Positions 8,888 through 18,145 of a stretch of 64,000 nt of DNA are shown in pieces; position 1 is the stretch's first letter, and every line of letters begins with the position of its first letter. Both the position numbers and the translations under genes were made by a program. Location: positions 93,124 through 157,123 of the IMG/VR virus record IMGVR_UViG_3300006931_000029; one strand, 5' to 3'. The notes beneath the pieces are model-generated. The model ran no database searches. It had not been told where the DNA came from and was given only the letters and a program-made list of their open reading frames with translations. Source of the stretch: a virus.

Positions 8888-10542
8888 TTGGCTGAATCGT
8901 GCTTCTTGACCCGGTCACGGATGCTGCTGGTAAGTGAGGATGCGCGAGTTGCTGGCTGATCATTCTTCGGTTGATCCGAAGCAGGAGCAACTTCGCCGGC
9001 GGTCGGTGCAGACGCTGGAGCTTTATCCTTGTCGTCATCCGGCAGATCGTCTTCCTCTTCCTTGTCCTCACGGCCCGCGGACGGACGTGGCGAACCAGTC
9101 ACAGCGGCTGGAGGAGGGACAATCTGACGAGAACCAGAGACGTTACGAGACATCGCCGGTGGATCATCGGTGTCTTCACGACGACCGCGTGGCTCATCTT
9201 CCTCATCAACGTCCCGAGCGCGACCACGTGGTTCTGCTTCTTCGAGATCAGGATGACGATCGGCGTCTGCAGGACGAGATGTAGCTGAGGAGCGTCTGTC
9301 GTCCGAACGGCGATCGTCTCCACCGCCAGTCGAGGTGCCACGGCGGTCGTCAGACCGACCACGGTCTTCATCTCGAGGAGCTGAGCGGCGGTCATCTGAG
9401 CGGGGTTCAGAACGACGCTCGTCGCGTACGTCACTCTTTGGAGAGTCAGAACGGGCTCGGTCGTCTGAACGACGATCATCCGAGCGTCGGTCGTCTGAAC
9501 GGCTGTCACCACGGTCGTCTCTGGATGAAGAGGATGAACGGCGATCGTCTCCATCATCGCGTGAGCGCGAACTTCCACGATCGTCCGAGCGGCTGTCACC
9601 GCGGTCGTCTCGACCTCGGCTGCTGCTTTCTTCAGCGCGACCACCGCGATCATCGTCTCGTGACCGAGAAGACGAACGATCGTCTCCATCATCGCGTGAA
9701 CGTGAACTTCCGCCACCTCGGCGGTCATCCGAACGGCTGTCACCACGGTCGTCTCGGGAGCCACCGCCACCTCGGCGATCGTCGTCCCGTCCGCCAGAAG
9801 GCCGACGGTCGAAACACAGGTCTTCGATCTTCAGGAGAATGTCGTCCAAGTCATCTCCTTCGACTGGGGCGTCCGCCTTCCAGGTAATGGACTTCAATAC
9901 TTCTGCCAGGAATTCGTCCGGGTTGGCGCTCTTCGGTGCCAATGGGAGCGGGTCTTCGCGATCAAACCGAAGTCCACGACGGCTCTTGCTCATCATCAAA
10001 TCGCAACCCTTGATGGGGTCGACGATGCTGAGCTTTGACTCTGTGCGGCGAAGAAACGTCTTGAAGATCGTCATCACGTCTTGAAACGCTTCCTTGTACA
10101 GCCAAAGCTCTTTGGCTTTCTTCAACTCGTTGCCGCGGTACTTCGTGACCTGACCGCTAGCCGACTGATATTCAATCGGCACGGCCATAACCAAATACTG
10201 CGGAACCGCAGTCATGCGGTACGCGGCAGACGACACCGCCTTGTTCCGGTCTCGATTCAGCTTGTCGATCGTATCGCACATGGCACACTTGCCATCAGGA
10301 TCGCCGCCGTGGGCAACGTCTGTGTCGCGCGTGCAAAGGTAAGGGCGTTGACCAACCCAGTGACGAGCAACGCGAGCAAACCACTTGCCGCGATCATCGA
10401 AGATGTAGGGGACGATGCGAAGCAACATCGACTCGCCGGGCTCTTTGAGAGCGATGCGATCGTTGCCACGACGGCCTTTTTGGTTGAGAAATTCCGTCTC
10501 TTTTTCGAGCTCGGCCAAGTAATCGGGATCAGTGTGCGACAT
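8884..10542 (-). CDS. Zn-ribbon protein with about 300-aa RD/RS/RGG-rich disordered tail; possible nucleic-acid binding
   Basis: N-terminal globular part with CTRDTDVAHGG...CAMCD; remainder is DRRGGGGSRDDRGDSRSDDRR-type low complexity. Confidence 0.45.
   Translation of the reverse strand: MSHTDPDYLAELEKETEFLNQKGRRGNDRIALKEPGESMLLRIVPYIFDDRGKWFARVARHWVGQRPYLCTRDTDVAHGGDPDGKCAMCDTIDKLNRDRNKAVSSAAYRMTAVPQYLVMAVPIEYQSASGQVTKYRGNELKKAKELWLYKEAFQDVMTIFKTFLRRTESKLSIVDPIKGCDLMMSKSRRGLRFDREDPLPLAPKSANPDEFLAEVLKSITWKADAPVEGDDLDDILLKIEDLCFDRRPSGGRDDDRRGGGGSRDDRGDSRSDDRRGGGSSRSRDDGDDRSSSRSRDDDRGGRAEESSSRGRDDRGDSRSDDRGSSRSRDDGDDRRSSSSSRDDRGDSRSDDRRSDDRRSDDRARSDSPKSDVRDERRSEPRSDDRRSAPRDEDRGRSDDRRGTSTGGGDDRRSDDRRSSATSRPADADRHPDLEEAEPRGRARDVDEEDEPRGRREDTDDPPAMSRNVSGSRQIVPPPAAVTGSPRPSAGREDKEEEDDLPDDDKDKAPASAPTAGEVAPASDQPKNDQPATRASSLTSSIRDRVKKHDSAK
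9290..9800. repeat. coding simple-sequence repeat (GAC/GAT/CGN-rich) underlying RD/RS-rich tail
   Basis: repeated gacgatcg/gtctgaacg-type units visible in sequence; all six frames open here. Confidence 0.5.
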
Positions 10543-10553
10543 GGTGAAATGGG

Positions 10554-11009
10554 TTAATCTGGAGTGATTGCGGGTTCGTCAGTGTAAACTTTTCTCCGTG
10601 TGGATTCAGTAGAACGGACTAGATCAAGTTTGCTTTGAAGCGAGATTTGCAGATTGATCAGCCTGCCACACCATCCTGAAAGCACGGCAAAACGACGGTG
10701 CGCTTTCTTCACGTCTTCTTGCAGAACGATCTGGCGGGAGAGATTCGTGTCAGTCTTTTTTCCGGTAAAATCTGGATCGCCTTCTAGTCGATTGAACGCT
10801 TCAGCTTCGACCTCTTTGATTTCTTGCTTCGCGACCAGTTTTTTCTCGGTGTAAATTTGAACGAGCATGTTAACCCACTCAATGAGTGCTGGCAACTCCT
10901 CGCTTGCGACAGAGATGTCGTTGTAGTCCTTCTTCAAGTAAAGGTCTACGTTGAGTTCGTAGCCTTGAAGCTTGATCGGTTCGAGTGTTGGTAGCTCGTC
11001 GTTTGGCAC
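10554..11009 (-). CDS. hypothetical protein
   Basis: 151-aa ORF in replication block. Confidence 0.4.
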   Translation of the reverse strand: MPNDELPTLEPIKLQGYELNVDLYLKKDYNDISVASEELPALIEWVNMLVQIYTEKKLVAKQEIKEVEAEAFNRLEGDPDFTGKKTDTNLSRQIVLQEDVKKAHRRFAVLSGWCGRLINLQISLQSKLDLVRSTESTRRKVYTDEPAITPD

Positions 11010-11110
11010 GGTGAAGATAGAGAAGCCGTCACGCCATAAGGGTTCTGTCGGCCCCTCCTCTGGAACTGCAAGCGGCGGCGTGACGGCTCTCGATGGAGAA
11101 CGTTATTTGA

Positions 11111-12520
11111 TCAAGGCTCGTCGCGTGACAGCTTTTCGAAGTCCGCGTCGCTGATACCTCTGCCTTTCTTGCGTGGCTTCTCCTTGGAATCACTCTTACC
11201 GCCGTCCTCTGGTTCGTACGGGATTTCTTCCCCTAAGTCGACAGTCATAGTTTCAGGATCGACCTTGCCTCTGAAGTGCTGAAACGCGGCGCCATGACGA
11301 TTGACAAACACAAAGGTTCTGAAGATGTTTTCAGCATATTCGTCGTCAGTCATACAAAGACCAATAGCGACGTCGACGATACCACCTTTCGCGAACGCTC
11401 CTTGAAACGCCTTCATGTTCGGCACGCGGTCGTTCGTCGCCTCTTTTGTCATACGGTCCGGCATGATGACGGGCACTCTGAATTCTGCTCCCAAGGCTCT
11501 GGCTTCAGTGTAGACACCAGCCTGGCGGAGATACTCTTTTTCGTAGTTGCCGGACGGCAAGACGGTGTCCGCGTAATCGATGATGATCGCTCGCAGTTTC
11601 TTGAGACCGAACTGTTGAATAGCCAGTCTGGCGTGGTTGCGAATCGTGGTGATTGTAGCAGTTCCGGCAGGATACCCCTTGATGACTAAGTTTCCAGCCA
11701 CCGACGTGACAACAGCCGTTTTGGTTAGCTCCTTGAACTTCTCTGGATTTTCGTAAAGGTAACTCATCCCTTTCTGGGTGATGTTCGTCATTCCACGAGC
11801 AAACGCCAGCTCTTGCGTGATTTCGCACGGGTAGTAGAGCACGTCGCCGCCCTGCATAGGGCTAATGATGTTCAGCGCGAGATTCATGCACACGGCCGTT
11901 TTGTAGCGCTTCGGAGGAGCCACGAGTGTCACCAGCCATCCAGGACCCCATCCTCGCTTCCAAATGCGATCCCACTGCGGGTAGCCTGTGAGAGTGCCGT
12001 AGTCGGCTTTCGTGATCTTGTCGATGACATGGGCGTAGTCCATGTGGAATACGAGTCCGAGGTCGTCTAGATTTTGGCCGACTTGAAGCGCGTCTTGAAA
12101 CAACTTTACGAACCCGTCCTCTGGAGATTTCTTCTCTTTGATCAACTCAACGCACTTTTTGATCGCGTTGATCGTTGCGCGTTCTCTCGCAAAAGTTATG
12201 ACTCTTGAGACAACAAACTCAGCATCCGACGTGTCGTGCTCCCTCAACTGGGTGATGTATTTGATGACTTCAGCGTCATCAGCCAGCGACAACTTCTTGT
12301 TTTGGTCTAGGGCGAGTTGCTTCAGCGTCGCCCACGACGGAGGCTTGCCGTACTTTCTGACGTAGTCTAACAGCGCATAAGCGATAACGGTAGCCTGTGC
12401 ACCTTGAAAATAGCTAGGCTGCAGAATTTCGCCGTACGCCAGAAACTTATCTGGATGGGCGATGAAGTGAGATATGATCGAATCTTGAAATTCGTCATCT
12501 AACGCAAAGTGATCGGGCAT
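11111..12520 (-). CDS. DnaB-like replicative helicase
   Basis: N-terminal DnaB-like helical domain pattern (DFY..H..IF...L), P-loop-like PPKRYKTAV, Walker B-like IIIDYADTV. Confidence 0.45.
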   Translation of the reverse strand: MPDHFALDDEFQDSIISHFIAHPDKFLAYGEILQPSYFQGAQATVIAYALLDYVRKYGKPPSWATLKQLALDQNKKLSLADDAEVIKYITQLREHDTSDAEFVVSRVITFARERATINAIKKCVELIKEKKSPEDGFVKLFQDALQVGQNLDDLGLVFHMDYAHVIDKITKADYGTLTGYPQWDRIWKRGWGPGWLVTLVAPPKRYKTAVCMNLALNIISPMQGGDVLYYPCEITQELAFARGMTNITQKGMSYLYENPEKFKELTKTAVVTSVAGNLVIKGYPAGTATITTIRNHARLAIQQFGLKKLRAIIIDYADTVLPSGNYEKEYLRQAGVYTEARALGAEFRVPVIMPDRMTKEATNDRVPNMKAFQGAFAKGGIVDVAIGLCMTDDEYAENIFRTFVFVNRHGAAFQHFRGKVDPETMTVDLGEEIPYEPEDGGKSDSKEKPRKKGRGISDADFEKLSRDEP

Positions 12521-12526
12521 GCGTCT

Positions 12527-13498
12527 TCAAAGAACGCCAGCCGCGTGCAGACAGCTCACGTGCTGAACAGCCAACCCTATTCTGCTCCAAAAACGTACGG
12601 CATCGGTCACAATCTCAGGCGCTTCAAAATCATCTGGCCTGAAACCGTGTCTGTCCAGCACCTCGGTCAACGCCTGGTGAAACATCTTCGACCTTAGTTC
12701 GAAGTACGCCGTAGCAACGTCTTTGCGCTTGCGCAACCATCCGTTTGTCCGGTGAATTTCAGCTCGGTGTTTTATGATGGCAGGCGATATTGGAGGATGC
12801 GAATCGTGCCACTCGTAGTAGGATGGTTCGAGACACAACCACGTAGAGTCAAGCTTGAGTTCATTTTCGGCGTAGAATTTTTCAGTGGGCGACCCACTAA
12901 ATCTCAGCTTGTGACCGACTATCCACATTCCGGCAAGGACTTCGCTGTTCAAAATTCTAGCTTTGGCTCTTGTCACTTCGTCTCCACCAGTCAGGGTAGC
13001 AAGACTCTCGCTGTCGAAGGTGCCGTATTTGTCTCGAGCAAGGCTTCTGAAATCGTTTACAAGCGTCGCAGCGCCTTTCGCGAAAAGATAACTGGCGTAG
13101 AACCTAGTTCCTGGCGCTAGCTGCTTTCTGGCCAGCATCACGCACATCATGAAAAGCTTGATCGAACAACGAGCCTGTTCTGCTGCTAAGATCAACTTGT
13201 GTTCCGCATCCTGAAATCTACGCAAAGAATCTGGTTGTTCATCTCCAAAGACCAGACGATAACACAGCTTGTAAAGCGAATCGACGTCATCGGACTCGTG
13301 GACAGAAAACTTCGACAGGTCTGCCGGAACAAAGTCGAACTCGATCTTGCTCAGTCGGACCTTTCCTCTCCTCACGACGGAGACTCCTCTGCATTCTTTC
13401 GAGTGCGGACATTTTTGGCAAACTTGGTCAGCGCTGTCGTATTCTACCCCGTAACACTTGAGCGGGACATCGACCGCGATTCGAGAAACATTCGGCAT
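12527..13498 (-). CDS. hypothetical Zn-binding protein (possible primase-associated)
   Basis: ORF 12527..13585; internal ATG at 13498 (MPNVSRIAVD) avoids overlap with polymerase gene; CQKCPHSKEC motif. Confidence 0.4.
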   Translation of the reverse strand: MPNVSRIAVDVPLKCYGVEYDSADQVCQKCPHSKECRGVSVVRRGKVRLSKIEFDFVPADLSKFSVHESDDVDSLYKLCYRLVFGDEQPDSLRRFQDAEHKLILAAEQARCSIKLFMMCVMLARKQLAPGTRFYASYLFAKGAATLVNDFRSLARDKYGTFDSESLATLTGGDEVTRAKARILNSEVLAGMWIVGHKLRFSGSPTEKFYAENELKLDSTWLCLEPSYYEWHDSHPPISPAIIKHRAEIHRTNGWLRKRKDVATAYFELRSKMFHQALTEVLDRHGFRPDDFEAPEIVTDAVRFWSRIGLAVQHVSCLHAAGVL

Positions 13499-16400
13499 GG
13501 CTATTAAGAAACTCAAAGAGAAGAAAAAGACGGTTCCTAAATTTGAACGTGACCTGGCAGAACAGACTGCCAACCACGGGTTCAAACCCGGGCCTAATCA
13601 TCCGCTGTGCTTGAAGTGTGGACTGCACCACAACGGTGCGAGAAATCCGTACCTACCGCCCTCTGGAGAAACTAAGCGGCCGCTCATCACAGTAATCGTG
13701 GATAGCGTTTCGCGTGGTGAAGACGAAGCCAACTATTTTGGTGCAACCGGAACCACCGGCCTGATGAAGAAGCTCATCAGAGACATGGCACCGGACTTGA
13801 AGCTCGACATCGAACGAATTAGGTTTGTGCCATTGACCAGATGTTCAGCTAGAGAAGGCAAGGTCAATTTCAAAACCAAAGGTAACTGGTGCCGCTGGTT
13901 TACAGTCGACGACCTACGCAATAATCCGCCAGAGATGGTGATGGCAATTGGGACTACGGCTCTCGGAGCGCTGTGTCATAAGTCTAGCGCGCAAGATTGG
14001 TCTGGTCGTCTGCTAACATGGAGGGGTTGGCCAGACGACTGGCTGATGAATCCGAAATATCTCGACGGCCACCACCACTTTGGAGCTAGGCCAAAGACCG
14101 ACGAACGCATCCCGCTGTTTGCCCTTCAAGCGCCGAAGCTGATTTACGGCACGCAGAATCCTCGAGTCATCAAGAAATGGCGAGACCAAGTTCGTGCCGG
14201 ATTAGAGATGGCGGTCAGAGGAGTGAAACCGCTCATCTACGATCGGCCATGGTGGAAACTTTCCACGAATCCAGACGAGATTGAGCAAATACTCAATTCC
14301 ATCAGAGACGGCACGTTCGTCCAGTACGACACGGAAACGACAGGTCTCGAGCCATTCCGCAACGGGTCAAAGATCGTTTTCCACATGTTCCGGTGGATCG
14401 ACGAAAATGGAAATCCACAATCGATTGGTTTTCCGTGGGACTATCCAGAGAGCCCACTGCTGCCGTTCATTAAGCGGCTAACGCCAGTCGTCCTCCGCAC
14501 TCTGGCGCGCATCAAGATCGAGGGGCATAACATCACCTTCGACATTCTTTTCAACGTAGGGACAATGGAAGGAGCTGACCTGAATGTCCTCTCGAGAGCA
14601 ATGCACGGCGACACGCTGCACATGCTTTACACCATCCGGCAAGATACCGGATCAAGAGGATTGGACATAGTCGCGTATGATTGGGCTCCGACTCTTGCCG
14701 GCTACGAAGAAGAGATGGTTCTTCTCATCGGTCAGTACCCCGAGCTTCTTGATCCGGGAGCAGGAGCAGGCGGTCACTACGCTCGGTGTCCAACCGACAA
14801 ATGGGATTCGCACCTGAAGCCGTACGTCATGGGCGACGTTGAAGTGGTTGCTGAGGCTGCTCCTTCCATGCGGAAGCGGTTGGAGACGGCGAGAATATAC
14901 CAGATTCCTCTGGCGCACCCGACCATCAGCGGCAAATTCAGGTGGTACGAAACACCGAAACGTGACTGGGTGTACGACAAGATCATGCTGCCAGCACAGC
15001 GCACGCTGACTGCGATGATGGCTAGAGGCATGCATGTCGACGTGGCAGAGGTTGCCATGCAGGAAGATTTGATGCCGAAGGCCATCTCGGCAGCGAAAAA
15101 CAAGTTACGAGCATCGCATCCGAAGATTGTGGCATGGGCAGAGCAGATGGAATCAACCGATCCTGAGTGGAAGTTCGACCTCGAGTCAAAAGATCAGCTC
15201 AAGAAAGTGCTCTACGATTTGATGGGTTTGCCGATCAAGCGGCTAACTAAAGCAGGGCGCCAGCAACTAGGCGATCTAGACGAGCGAGAAATGAAAGCTC
15301 TAGATCGCCCCACGCTGATGCAGTTTGCATCCGCAGACAAGTTTACGCTCAGCTCGTTGTCTGCGGCACACCCTGAAGTTCGTCCACTGGTCGATTACCG
15401 CAAACAACACAAGGCTTACACGACCTATGTCAGGTCCATGCGAAACCACTTTGACGCTCTTGTTGACAAAAAGAAGCGAGAAAAGCCTCCCTATTTGATG
15501 GACGACATGTGCGTCCACGCCCAGTTCAACCAAACCGGCACGCGCTCTGGACGCCTTAGTTCCAGCAATCCAAACCTTCAGCAGCTTCCTCGTGAATCTC
15601 TGGTGAAGCGGATGTACGACTCTCGATTCGGAGCGGACGGCGTCATCTACCAAGGCGACTTGTCTCAGATTGAATTGCGACTTATCGCCTGCGCCTGCGG
15701 CGACCCAACGATGGTTAAGGCGTACTGGGACAAGGTCGACCTTCACTCGCTCACTGCCAGCAAGATTTACAGGACCGAGTACGAGAAGTTCGAGAAGACC
15801 TACATGTCGTGGTTGCAGAAAAACGGCAAGGAAAAAGAGGCCAAGGACCTCGACAGTAAGCGTAAAGTTGCCAAGACTGTTAACTTCCTCACCGGCTACG
15901 GCGGCGGTCCACTAGGTCTTCAAACTTCACTTGCTCAAAACGGAGTCTACGTTTCTCTTGAGGAGTGCGAGGACATCATCGAGAATTTTTTCAACGTTTA
16001 TCCGTCGCTCAGGCGTCACATCGGTCTCTACAAGGATTTCATCCTCAAGCACGGCGTAGCAGTGTCAATCTTTGGACGAGTTCGAATCTTCGAGGAAGTT
16101 TTCTCTGACGACAACGAGTCGAAGTCAAAAGCTCTTCGGTCTGGTTACAACCATTTGATTCAATCGACCGCCTCTGACATGATGCTCGTGTGCATCACGG
16201 TCATCGAACATTTGATGCGAGACATGAACCTGGAATCCATGCTTGTTTCCACCGTGCACGATTCGATGGTTATCGACGCAAAACGAAACGAACTTCAGCA
16301 GGTTCACGAGATTTGCGATCAAGTCATCAACAACATTCCTGAGATTCTTTCGCTCTTCTTTGGCGAACCCTATGACAGGTCGTGGATCATCACACCGATC

Positions 16401-16517
16401 GAAGGCGATTTCGAAGTCGGCAAGAATTACCTCGATCAGAAGAAGGTCGTCGCAAACAAAGACGGTAGCGTTGATTGGGACTCTCTTTTGACCGATAAGG
16501 TCGAAGAGAAGAAATAA
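13497..16517 (+). CDS. family A DNA polymerase with 3'-5' exonuclease domain
   Basis: Exo I motif YDTETTGL; motif A DLSQIELRLIA; motif B KRKVAKTVNFLTGYGGGP; motif C STVHDSMVID; ATG at 13497 (MAIKKLKEK) in frame within ORF 13458..16517. Confidence 0.8.
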   Translation: MAIKKLKEKKKTVPKFERDLAEQTANHGFKPGPNHPLCLKCGLHHNGARNPYLPPSGETKRPLITVIVDSVSRGEDEANYFGATGTTGLMKKLIRDMAPDLKLDIERIRFVPLTRCSAREGKVNFKTKGNWCRWFTVDDLRNNPPEMVMAIGTTALGALCHKSSAQDWSGRLLTWRGWPDDWLMNPKYLDGHHHFGARPKTDERIPLFALQAPKLIYGTQNPRVIKKWRDQVRAGLEMAVRGVKPLIYDRPWWKLSTNPDEIEQILNSIRDGTFVQYDTETTGLEPFRNGSKIVFHMFRWIDENGNPQSIGFPWDYPESPLLPFIKRLTPVVLRTLARIKIEGHNITFDILFNVGTMEGADLNVLSRAMHGDTLHMLYTIRQDTGSRGLDIVAYDWAPTLAGYEEEMVLLIGQYPELLDPGAGAGGHYARCPTDKWDSHLKPYVMGDVEVVAEAAPSMRKRLETARIYQIPLAHPTISGKFRWYETPKRDWVYDKIMLPAQRTLTAMMARGMHVDVAEVAMQEDLMPKAISAAKNKLRASHPKIVAWAEQMESTDPEWKFDLESKDQLKKVLYDLMGLPIKRLTKAGRQQLGDLDEREMKALDRPTLMQFASADKFTLSSLSAAHPEVRPLVDYRKQHKAYTTYVRSMRNHFDALVDKKKREKPPYLMDDMCVHAQFNQTGTRSGRLSSSNPNLQQLPRESLVKRMYDSRFGADGVIYQGDLSQIELRLIACACGDPTMVKAYWDKVDLHSLTASKIYRTEYEKFEKTYMSWLQKNGKEKEAKDLDSKRKVAKTVNFLTGYGGGPLGLQTSLAQNGVYVSLEECEDIIENFFNVYPSLRRHIGLYKDFILKHGVAVSIFGRVRIFEEVFSDDNESKSKALRSGYNHLIQSTASDMMLVCITVIEHLMRDMNLESMLVSTVHDSMVIDAKRNELQQVHEICDQVINNIPEILSLFFGEPYDRSWIITPIEGDFEVGKNYLDQKKVVANKDGSVDWDSLLTDKVEEKK

Positions 16518-16518
16518 A

Positions 16519-16530
16519 TTTTTGTTTACA
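16519..16530 (+). promoter_or_regulatory. TTTTTGTTTACA promoter-like motif
   Basis: 29 nt upstream of ATG 16560; one of at least 12 occurrences. Confidence 0.5.
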
Positions 16531-16559
16531 TTGCCGTTCCAACGTGTATGGTGGTGTGA

Positions 16560-17303
16560 ATGTTAGACCAGCCATTGCAAATTAGGGCGGTCGTAAAAGG
16601 CCAGAATCGCTACTGCGGACCGGCCGCTGTTTCGATCATAGCCGGTATTGATACGACGCGAGCGGCTCGGCTCCTCAGGCAGGTAAGTGGAAAGAGAATG
16701 ATTTGCGGTGTTCACAATCATCACGTGATCGCAGCCCTGAAGAGGCTAGGTTACGAACTCCGCCCTACGCGTTTCCACGGTGGAATAACGTTTGCGAATT
16801 GGTTCAGTGGCATCGACCATGACCCTTCCAGGTTGTATCTCATCTGTGCAGGCCACCATTACTCAGTCGTTCAAGGCGATCAGTATTGCTGTTCCCAAAC
16901 TGTGAAGATCGTCGCGGTCTCTGAGGCTCCTCATCGCAGAGCTAGAATGCAGAATCTTTGGACTGTCCACAGGGTCGCAGAGATCGACTCTGAAACAGTG
17001 GTACAGTCGCCTCCAAAAGACAACTCGTGGTTGAAACGAATCACCGTGTCTCGCAGGGCAAAACAGTTTGGCGTTGAGATCGACGACCAGTCTCGACAAG
17101 GAGGTGTCATCTGGGTTTATCCTCCCGTCGGGTTATTCGACGACAATGGCAACGATCCTCAAGACCCATACAACGACGAGCACTTCCACGATTCGTGGGA
17201 AGAAGCAGAGAAAGCCGTTGAAGCCTATATCGCTCTGAAGATTCGGCCAGCAGTCGTTCTTCCCGAAGCAGCATGCCCGAACTCGCAGAATCCTTCATCC
17301 TGA
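16560..17303 (+). CDS. hypothetical protein (possible Cys/His peptidase-like)
   Basis: 247-aa ORF; CGPAAVSIIAG ... HHV/GHHY arrangement; speculative. Confidence 0.4.
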   Translation: MLDQPLQIRAVVKGQNRYCGPAAVSIIAGIDTTRAARLLRQVSGKRMICGVHNHHVIAALKRLGYELRPTRFHGGITFANWFSGIDHDPSRLYLICAGHHYSVVQGDQYCCSQTVKIVAVSEAPHRRARMQNLWTVHRVAEIDSETVVQSPPKDNSWLKRITVSRRAKQFGVEIDDQSRQGGVIWVYPPVGLFDDNGNDPQDPYNDEHFHDSWEEAEKAVEAYIALKIRPAVVLPEAACPNSQNPSS

Positions 17304-18145
17304 CGTCTCAGTTGGCCCAACTATTTGGGGTTCCGTTTGTCACAGACAGCCAACTGAAACTTCCGCGCAGGTTGGAATTGCAGCAACACGGTTCAGGACC
17401 GTACAAGCTGGTGATTCACGACTTCGTTTCCATCTGCGGCGACCAGTCAATCGAAGAGGAACTGGCAGAAGCAATGCCGACGCGTGTTCAACACCAAGGG
17501 AAGAAAGGCTGGATTCTGTGGAAGACGAAGAACGGCGTAGTCGAAACAGAAATACGATACGGGATGACCGGCAGTTTTGCTCTCGAAAAGACTCAGCACA
17601 CACGGTTGGAGTTTAAGAACGCAACAGGGTCGATCTACTTCAACGACATCAGGAAGTTCGGCGGAATTGTGACGAACGGGCATCCTGTCGCTGCGTCGGC
17701 GACATCAAATCTTAACGTCGAACAGGTCTACTACAGCCTGGTGGAATATCGAGATTCCACGATAAAAGAGCTGTTGACTGAACAAACGTTCCTACTCAGC
17801 GGAGTCGGAAACTACCTGGCGAACGAAGTTTGTTTTGCCACAAAAATCCATCCTGATTCTAGCGCCGGTCTTGTCACGTTTCCAGAGTTTGAAAAAATAC
17901 TGGTTGAATTGAAGGCGCTCGTAACCGAGAGCGTCGAGTTAGGAGGCTGTACTCTCAGGGACTTCAAGGATGTGATGGGTCGACCCGGGCAGTTTCAAAC
18001 GCGTCTCAGAATCTATGGCAAGAAAACGTGCCCAGTTTGCAGCGGTCCTGTCTCCGTCGTCCGTCGGCCCAATGCGACGACTAGCTGGGTTTGTCCAACG
18101 TGCCAAGACCTCAGGCGCTACCATCCACTGCTAAGTCCGAGTTGA
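17273..18145 (+). CDS. Fpg/Nei-family DNA glycosylase (formamidopyrimidine/endonuclease VIII-like)
   Basis: N-terminus MPELAES (catalytic Pro2-Glu3 of Fpg/Nei); C-terminal CPVCSGPVSVVRRPNATTSWVCPTCQ = C-x2-C-x16-C-x2-C zinc finger. Confidence 0.6.
   Translation: MPELAESFILTSQLAQLFGVPFVTDSQLKLPRRLELQQHGSGPYKLVIHDFVSICGDQSIEEELAEAMPTRVQHQGKKGWILWKTKNGVVETEIRYGMTGSFALEKTQHTRLEFKNATGSIYFNDIRKFGGIVTNGHPVAASATSNLNVEQVYYSLVEYRDSTIKELLTEQTFLLSGVGNYLANEVCFATKIHPDSSAGLVTFPEFEKILVELKALVTESVELGGCTLRDFKDVMGRPGQFQTRLRIYGKKTCPVCSGPVSVVRRPNATTSWVCPTCQDLRRYHPLLSPS

Noticed and set aside
9099-10084. Alternative ORFs 9335..10084 (+, SR-rich) and 9099..9770 (-)
   Set aside because: All six frames are open across the simple-sequence repeat; only 8884..10542 is continuous with a non-repetitive N-terminal domain and coupled to neighbours.
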